From NCBI GenBank assembly GCA_963667725.2, contig CAXXHO010000005.1, positions 640,001-704,000 on the forward strand: a stretch of 64,000 nt of DNA, read 5' to 3'. Origin of the DNA: Treponemataceae bacterium (lineage in GTDB: Bacteria; Spirochaetota; Spirochaetia; Treponematales; Rectinemataceae). Below the pieces are notes generated by a model that made no database searches, was not told where the DNA came from, and saw only the letters and a list, made by a program, of their open reading frames with translations. The translations under genes were made by a program, and so were the position numbers. Within the stretch, counting starts at the first letter, position 1. Every line of letters starts with the position of its first letter. Positions 58,616-64,000 of this stretch are shown here, piece by piece.

Positions 58616-59809
58616 ATGAATACACTATACGAAATCCTCGATTCGTTGCGTATTGTTCAGGCGCGGCTGGAAGATGCGCTCAAGACGCCCGCCAGGCCTT
58701 GGCAAGGCGGCGCGGCGCTACGCGGCGGCGCGGCCCTGAAAGACAGATCAATGCTTCTCTATGGTCCGCGCGGGGTCGGTAAAACAACCTTTCTTGTGCG
58801 CGAAGCCAAAGCGAGGGGAGCCGTCTACCTCAGCATGGATCATCCCGCCCTTGCAAACCTATCGGTCTATACTGTCGCGGAAGCGCTGTTTCAGCGAGGA
58901 GTGATGCAGGTCTGCCTGGATGAAATCCACTACGCGACACATTGGAGCGAGGATCTCAAGGCCTTGTACGACGCGTGGCCTGATCGCTCCATCTGGGCTT
59001 CCGGATCGGATTCGCTCCTGTTGTCATCGGGAATAGGGGATCTTTCGCGACGCTACATCGGCATCGCCATGCCATTTCTGTCGTTTCGGGAGTTTCTGGT
59101 TCTCAAAGGATATCCGGATTTCGGAGTCCATGACCCTTTCTCGACGGATACCACATGGGTGTCGAGCGTCATGGCGGCAGGCAACATTCTTAGGCTTTTC
59201 GAAACCTATTTGGTATCAGGTCTACGTCCGCTTTTCATGGAGGGCGAAGACCGCTACGCCACCCGGATATTGCAGGTCGTTCAAAAGACGCTTGAAGCTG
59301 ATATCCCACGTATTGTGCAAACGGTGGCCCAAAATCATTTTAGCCTGATGAACGCGGTGCTCGGATATCTATCACAGACGAATATTCCCGTGGTACAGGT
59401 AAATTCACTCTGCCGCGAGTGGAATGTCGGAAAAGAGAAGCTCTATGCCCTTTTGCAGGCAATGGAGCAAACAGGCTTGATCAGGATTGTACGAAAGCCG
59501 AGCGATCACGCGGCGCGATCGATCGGCGCCAAGCTCTTTCTGGCAGATCCATCCCTGTACCCGGCGCTCAGCGGGAAGGAAGGCAACGCGCGGGAAGCCT
59601 TTGTGGCCTGCGCGTTTTCTTCAGCGAGGCATAGGGTCTACGCCGCTCAGGATGAACAGGAAGGTGATTTCCTCGTGGATGACTCTTTTCTGATTGAGAT
59701 TGGCGGATCGCGAAAACCTCGGAAGAAGGCGAATTTCGTGATTCGCGACGGCGCGGATTATCCCGTACCGGGAGTAATCCCTTTATGGATGATGGGATTC
59801 GGCTGGTAG
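58616..59809 (+). CDS. AAA_14-family ATPase (DUF4143-like C-terminus)
   Basis: GPRGVGKT, LDEIHY, ASGS, DLSRR, KLFLADP, GDF...IEIGG. Confidence 0.85.
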   Translation: MNTLYEILDSLRIVQARLEDALKTPARPWQGGAALRGGAALKDRSMLLYGPRGVGKTTFLVREAKARGAVYLSMDHPALANLSVYTVAEALFQRGVMQVCLDEIHYATHWSEDLKALYDAWPDRSIWASGSDSLLLSSGIGDLSRRYIGIAMPFLSFREFLVLKGYPDFGVHDPFSTDTTWVSSVMAAGNILRLFETYLVSGLRPLFMEGEDRYATRILQVVQKTLEADIPRIVQTVAQNHFSLMNAVLGYLSQTNIPVVQVNSLCREWNVGKEKLYALLQAMEQTGLIRIVRKPSDHAARSIGAKLFLADPSLYPALSGKEGNAREAFVACAFSSARHRVYAAQDEQEGDFLVDDSFLIEIGGSRKPRKKANFVIRDGADYPVPGVIPLWMMGFGW

Positions 59810-59810
59810 C

Positions 59811-59837
59811 AAAAGTTAACAAACGGGGTCAGACCCC
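59811..59837. repeat. Site R7 (left arm plus core only)
   Basis: AAAAGTTAACAAAC-GGGGTCAGACCCC fused directly to the PIN gene 3' end. Confidence 0.85.
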
Positions 59838-60242
59838 AGCGGAAGGATCCATAAGGGAGAGGTCACGGAAATATTCGCGGTAGTAGCCGCGGTCGCGAGC
59901 CAGGAGACGATCGGCATTCAAACGCGCGTGGGCAGCGATTAGAAAATCAGGCAGAACGCGTCGGGACTGGCCGCGGTTTTTCAGGTACGAAGCGTAGATC
60001 GAGCCTGCGAGCGTGGCGCTCTCAAGGGAGGCGGGCAGGAACTCAAGGCCCACATCGCCCAGGAAGGCCGCGAGTTGCTGGTCGGAAGCCAAGGCTGGCC
60101 TTAGTTCGGCGATAACAGATTCGCAGACAACCAGCCTGCCCGAAGCTCGGGCTTCAGCTAACGCAGCTTCCGAATTCGCTGCGTGGCGCGGATCATCGGT
60201 AAGAATATCGAGAAGCACCGATGTGTCGACAGCGGTTGTCAT
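59829..60242 (-). CDS. VapC/PIN-domain toxin
   Basis: AVDTSVLLDIL, VIAEL, PDFLIAAHA, LLARDRGYYR. Confidence 0.88.
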   Translation of the reverse strand: MTTAVDTSVLLDILTDDPRHAANSEAALAEARASGRLVVCESVIAELRPALASDQQLAAFLGDVGLEFLPASLESATLAGSIYASYLKNRGQSRRVLPDFLIAAHARLNADRLLARDRGYYREYFRDLSLMDPSAGV

Positions 60243-60463
60243 CCGCGAACCTCGTCCAAATACGCATCGACATCGGAGATGCCCCCAGGAAGATGCCCTT
60301 TACCCCGCCATGTTCTCAGCGCGTCCTGAGGTTCTTTCTTGGTTCCGATGATTTTACCCTGTACCAGCTCGAATTCGATGATCGTACCAGGACGGATGCC
60401 CAGCTTGGTGCGTATAGCCTTGGGCAGGGTTATCTGGCCTCGTTCGGATACGGTAGTTTTCAT
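60239..60463 (-). CDS. AbrB/MazE/SpoVT-family antitoxin
   Basis: MKTTVSERGQITLPKAIRTKLGIRPG; 4-bp overlap with the PIN gene. Confidence 0.88.
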   Translation of the reverse strand: MKTTVSERGQITLPKAIRTKLGIRPGTIIEFELVQGKIIGTKKEPQDALRTWRGKGHLPGGISDVDAYLDEVRG

Positions 60464-60521
60464 ACTTTTATAGTAAGTATTCATATTTTTTTTGTCAAGG
60501 CTGGTATTGGGCTAGGGCAAA

Positions 60522-60558
60522 AAGTTAACAAACGGGGTCAGACCCCGAATTTTAACTT
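60522..60558. repeat. Palindromic site R8 (mismatched arms)
   Basis: AAGTTAACAAAC-GGGGTCAGACCCC-GAATTTTAACTT. Confidence 0.9.
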
Positions 60559-61747
60559 ACATCTTGGCGTCGAGGAATTTGCCGGTTTCTTTGTGGGCGA
60601 ACTCGGGGATGGTGGCGTTGAAGAGGTCGATAAGCTGGGCGCGGGTCCAATGGCCTTTTTCGCGCATAACGCGTATCTCGGACTCGAAGCGTTTGAGGGC
60701 GGGCGCGTCATAGGCAGGTTCATTTTTGATGACGCCGATGGATTCGAAGCGGTCCAGGTCGAGGCTTTCCTTATCGGTGAAGAATTCCTCAAAGTCCTTT
60801 TCGCCCGTCGTGTCGCTCGCGAAGAAGAAAACGGGCCACTTGCCCTGCGCTTTCAATTCGCCCACGCGGGCGCGAGCTTCATCCTCGCTCGCACACTCCA
60901 CTGGCTCATAGCCCCGATGTTTCAAATATCTTTCCGCGATCTCGGAGAACGTTATGAGATTGGCCTCCGCGTTGAGTTTTGGAAAGAAAAGATCGCGGTT
61001 TTCGCCCAGAAGGGCGGACATCAGACAGAGCTCGCCCGATTCCTTGGGCGTGACAAAGTAGCGCCTGACATCGTTGGGAGCGGAAATGGGCTGTTCTTTC
61101 TCAAGGCGTCTATTGAAACCATAGAGTAGGCTTCCATCGGAGAAGGCCACGTTGGCGAAACGGGCGGTGGAAACGGGCAGCTCGAGGCTCCGGCGCATAA
61201 GAAAATATTCCATAATACGCTTGCTGGCGCCCATCATGTTCACGGGATTAGCCGCCTTGTCTGTCGACACGCAGAAATATTTCCTCGCGCCCGCCGCGGC
61301 GGCCTGCCTCATAGTTTTATCGGTGTTAAACACATTGACGTCGACCATGCGCATCAAGGTATAAGGATCCTTCTCGCTGCGCACATGTTTCAGCGCGGAA
61401 AGATTGAGCACGTAATCGTAACCGGGGCCGTTCTTCATGAAGGCGTCGAAGATGTCGCTGCCCGCGTCGATGGCGAAGGTGGCGAATTCGCCCGAAGAAT
61501 AGCCGATGGACGAGCGCAGGTCGCGCACCAGCTCGACCATGTTGTTCTCGCTGATGTCCACCACATGAAGCAGCTTAGGATCGCGCCTGAAAATCTCGCG
61601 CGTGACCGCCTGCCCAATGGAACCAGCGCCGCCTATAACAAGAAAACGCGAGGCCTTGACGAAGCGCGACAGCTCGACCTCGCGGGAAGCCAGATCGGCA
61701 GCGAAGAGTTCTTCCTTTCTGCCGATGATATCAAGAATGGAATCCAT
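60557..61747 (-). CDS. Nucleotide-sugar (UDP-GlcNAc-type) 4,6-dehydratase, CapD/Polysacc_synt_2 family
   Basis: IGGAGSIG, LSALKHVRSE, VSTDKAANPVNMMGASKR, RFANVAFSDGS. Confidence 0.88.
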   Translation of the reverse strand: MDSILDIIGRKEELFAADLASREVELSRFVKASRFLVIGGAGSIGQAVTREIFRRDPKLLHVVDISENNMVELVRDLRSSIGYSSGEFATFAIDAGSDIFDAFMKNGPGYDYVLNLSALKHVRSEKDPYTLMRMVDVNVFNTDKTMRQAAAAGARKYFCVSTDKAANPVNMMGASKRIMEYFLMRRSLELPVSTARFANVAFSDGSLLYGFNRRLEKEQPISAPNDVRRYFVTPKESGELCLMSALLGENRDLFFPKLNAEANLITFSEIAERYLKHRGYEPVECASEDEARARVGELKAQGKWPVFFFASDTTGEKDFEEFFTDKESLDLDRFESIGVIKNEPAYDAPALKRFESEIRVMREKGHWTRAQLIDLFNATIPEFAHKETGKFLDAKM

Positions 61748-61767
61748 AGCGCACCTTATTGTAAGTA

Positions 61768-63408
61768 GGGATTCCTGAAGAACCCGCTTTTCAATCTTTC
61801 AAGCCGCTCTCAACAGCCCCATTGGTATAAATTTTAATCGTTCTGCTATTTCAATAATCGTATCAATGAGCAACACAAAAAGGGCTTTCGCCTTTCTCCT
61901 TGCCAACACCATGAGGTTCATCACCAAGAATACCATCATGATGGAAGTCTCGCTCGTTTCCTTAAGCTTCGTTCCAATACTATCGAGCGTATAACGTCGT
62001 TTCGCTTCTCCAAACTTGCCCTCTACCGCGATCCTCATGCTCTCATCTTCTCGCTCGATTCTTTTTTGTTCACGTATTCGTTCTTTATTCTTGCCGTTAA
62101 CCTTGAACGGCCTTCCCAGCTTCGGCCCCGATAATCGTATCCCATACTCTTGGCAGTACTGCAGATTCTCCCTCGTCCTATAGATCTTATCGGCGCATAC
62201 CGCTTCTGGATATCTCCCATATCGCCGCTTATAGCTTTCTATTTGCCCTTTCAAATCTTTGCATTCGTTGTAGGAATCCCATGAGAGCCTATAGACTTCC
62301 GCCATTCCATCAACAAGGCTCAACGAGAGCTTCGCTCCAAACTCATACATTCCTCGGGCCTTTCCTCTCGCGATCGGACGCACCCAAGGCTTACTTATGC
62401 TTAAGATCCTTCCTTCTATCGACCAGGTGTCACTGCGGTACAATTCTCTCTGCTGGCGGACCAATTCTCCGATTACCCACAGATCCTGCCGCTGCTTTCT
62501 CGAGAGCGAAGTTATCCCTACTTTGTCCTTGTATTCATTGATCAACCGCAGGTTCCGCTCGACATATTGGATCTGCGTTTTCAACGCTCTCCTTATCGTA
62601 TTCACTCTCGGCTTTCGGTTCCGTATGAAGGTCAGAAACTCTTTTCTCGCCTTCTTCCTATACGTCCTTGGTTTTTCCCAACCCTCCGGCATTTCTTTCT
62701 GGAGCGTATCGATGATACTTTCAGTCTTCCTTCTCGCTTCATCCAGCAAGGTCACATCATGGGGGAATCTCATATCTTCGGGAGCGCAGGTAGCATCAAC
62801 GATCAAGGTCCCTTTATTCTCTTGCCCTTTCTCTTCTCCATCCCCTGCGCCGTTGCCTTTATCTTCATCATCATGGTGTTCATCGTCGGCTTTGCTCTTC
62901 TCGATGATCAATGAATTCACTTCTTTCAGGACGTCAGCAGATAATCGTTTCCTGAAATGCACCATCATGCTCGGATCGAAAGGTATCTCATATTTGTATC
63001 CTTCGTATCCTAAGAAGAACTGTAGATAAGGACTCTCTCGAATATCCTCCACCAGTTCTTCATCTGAAAGATTCTTCTTCTCTTTTATTATGAGAGCGCC
63101 TAACGCGACTCTCACCGGTATCGCCGGCCTTCCATTATTAGCGACGAACAGCTTTGAATATTTCTCTTCGACATCTTTCCAAGGGATCAGGCTTGCCAAG
63201 ATTACCCAACGATTATCCGCTTTCAAGCTGCCGCCGAACACCATGTCGAACTGATCAAACTCAGGCGTATACTTTGGTATTCTGTACATCTTCGCCTTCC
63301 AAGTGCACGACTTTTTCACGCTTTTCTTCAATTTCCGTGCACTTTTCCGGTCCATTATATCATATATTCCTTTAACTGATTTGACTTTATTTCTTTTTCA
63401 GGAGCCCC
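61768..63408 (-). mobile_element. IS5-family insertion sequence, 1641 bp, 6-bp target duplication TAAGTA
   Basis: Terminal IRs GGGATTCCTGAAGAA / GGGGCTCCTGAAAAA (12/15); TAAGTA at 61762-61767 and 63409-63414; lower GC. Confidence 0.88.
61799..63289 (-). CDS. IS5-family DDE transposase
   Basis: LIVDATC, PIARGK, EFGAK, ADKIY, RIAVEGKFGEAKRRY. Confidence 0.92.
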   Translation of the reverse strand: MYRIPKYTPEFDQFDMVFGGSLKADNRWVILASLIPWKDVEEKYSKLFVANNGRPAIPVRVALGALIIKEKKNLSDEELVEDIRESPYLQFFLGYEGYKYEIPFDPSMMVHFRKRLSADVLKEVNSLIIEKSKADDEHHDDEDKGNGAGDGEEKGQENKGTLIVDATCAPEDMRFPHDVTLLDEARRKTESIIDTLQKEMPEGWEKPRTYRKKARKEFLTFIRNRKPRVNTIRRALKTQIQYVERNLRLINEYKDKVGITSLSRKQRQDLWVIGELVRQQRELYRSDTWSIEGRILSISKPWVRPIARGKARGMYEFGAKLSLSLVDGMAEVYRLSWDSYNECKDLKGQIESYKRRYGRYPEAVCADKIYRTRENLQYCQEYGIRLSGPKLGRPFKVNGKNKERIREQKRIEREDESMRIAVEGKFGEAKRRYTLDSIGTKLKETSETSIMMVFLVMNLMVLARRKAKALFVLLIDTIIEIAERLKFIPMGLLRAA

Positions 63409-63433
63409 TAAGTATTTTCGGCAAAAAAAGTTA

Positions 63434-63560
63434 GACAGGATAACAGGATCTATCACGATTAACAAAAAAATCTTTCTGGTAAAGAGAAGAATCTCTCTTT
63501 CTTTTCTTTCTTTACCCAAAACTCTTCCCTGTCAGTCTTGCCCGTCCCGTTATCCTGTCC
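63434..63560. repeat. Family 2 full copy D (long imperfect hairpin)
   Basis: GACAGGATAACAGGAT...GGTAAAGAGAAGAA...TCTTTACCC...CCCGTTATCCTGTCC; homologous to 36711-36827. Confidence 0.8.
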
Positions 63561-63585
63561 AAGTTAAAAATCGGGGTCAGACCCC
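63561..63585. repeat. Site R9 (left arm plus core only)
   Basis: AAGTTAAAAATC-GGGGTCAGACCCC. Confidence 0.85.
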
Positions 63586-63644
63586 ATATGGTGCAAATTG
63601 TAAATACAATTGACAATATACACCAGGCTACCTATACTTATACT

Positions 63645-64000
63645 ATGATCCCACGAATCCTGGCTGGAAAAATCGTTCAATGGAGCGGCGAGTACCCGGT
63701 TGTCACTGTCACGGGGCCTCGCCAATCGGGAAAGTCGACGCTCTGCAAGGCACTGTTTCCGGACAAACCCTATGTCTCGCTGGAGGAAAGTTCCCTGCGA
63801 CTCCAGGCAATCGAAGATCCGCGCGGCTTTCTGGCGCGATATCCGGACGGAGCCATACTGGACGAAATCCAACGGGTGCCCGAACTATCGTCTTATATTC
63901 AGACTATTGTGGACAGCCGCGACAGGCCGGGGATGTTCATCCTGACGGGGAGCCAGCAGTTCGAGCTTATGGCTGGTGTCTCGCAATCGCTGGCCGGACG
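63645..64000 (+). CDS. AAA_14-family ATPase, N-terminal part (runs off window end)
   Basis: Manual translation MIPRILAGKIVQWSGEYPVVTVTGPRQSGKST...ILDEIQRVPEL...FILTGSQQ...SQSLAGR. Confidence 0.88.
   Translation, partial: MIPRILAGKIVQWSGEYPVVTVTGPRQSGKSTLCKALFPDKPYVSLEESSLRLQAIEDPRGFLARYPDGAILDEIQRVPELSSYIQTIVDSRDRPGMFILTGSQQFELMAGVSQSLAG

Noticed and set aside
53649..63585. CRISPR array interpretation of the palindromic repeats
   Set aside because: Intervals are 0.7-3 kb and contain whole genes; no cas genes in the window
53649..63585. Classical integron attC or Xer/dif site interpretation
   Set aside because: Sites are about 40 bp near-perfect palindromes without the RYYYAAC...GTTRRRY box layout or the 11-6-11 dif layout; no tyrosine recombinase in the window, although one outside it cannot be excluded
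53649..63585. Simple rho-independent terminators
   Set aside because: A one-base loop, an invariant core across unrelated genes, overlap with coding ends and half-sites upstream of promoters are not explained by termination alone; some terminator activity remains possible

Overview
Bacterial chromosomal window, mostly high-GC; gene content and protein style suggest an anaerobic spirochaete, but this is inference only. 1-4.7 kb is a lower-GC catabolic islet (tripartite tricarboxylate transporter, MFS, LacI). 4.8-36.7 kb is ordinary housekeeping and transport: XRE regulator, MetQ, MerR with a flavinylated reductase, oppABCDF, Fe-ADH, sbcCD, a two-component plus sugar ABC cluster, AKR, C69 peptidase, GT2 plus acyltransferase. 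36.7-64 kb is a surface-polysaccharide locus (wzi-like, wecA-like, wzz-like, a 2474-aa SLBB export protein, rmlD-like, rmlB, sugar transferase, 4,6-dehydratase) interleaved with toxin-antitoxin pairs, three AAA_14/DUF4143-type ATPases and an IS5-family element. Main finding: from 53.6 kb to the window end, every gene or TA pair is separated from the next by a short palindromic site with the invariant core GGGGTC-A-GACCCC (9 copies, same orientation, with mixed or missing arms). The site often supplies the stop codon of the neighbouring gene, and one unit encodes an HUH/Y1 (RAYT-like) transposase. This resembles an integron-like cassette array with no tyrosine integrase in view. A second family of CAGGAT-periodic hairpins sits next to all three ATPase genes.
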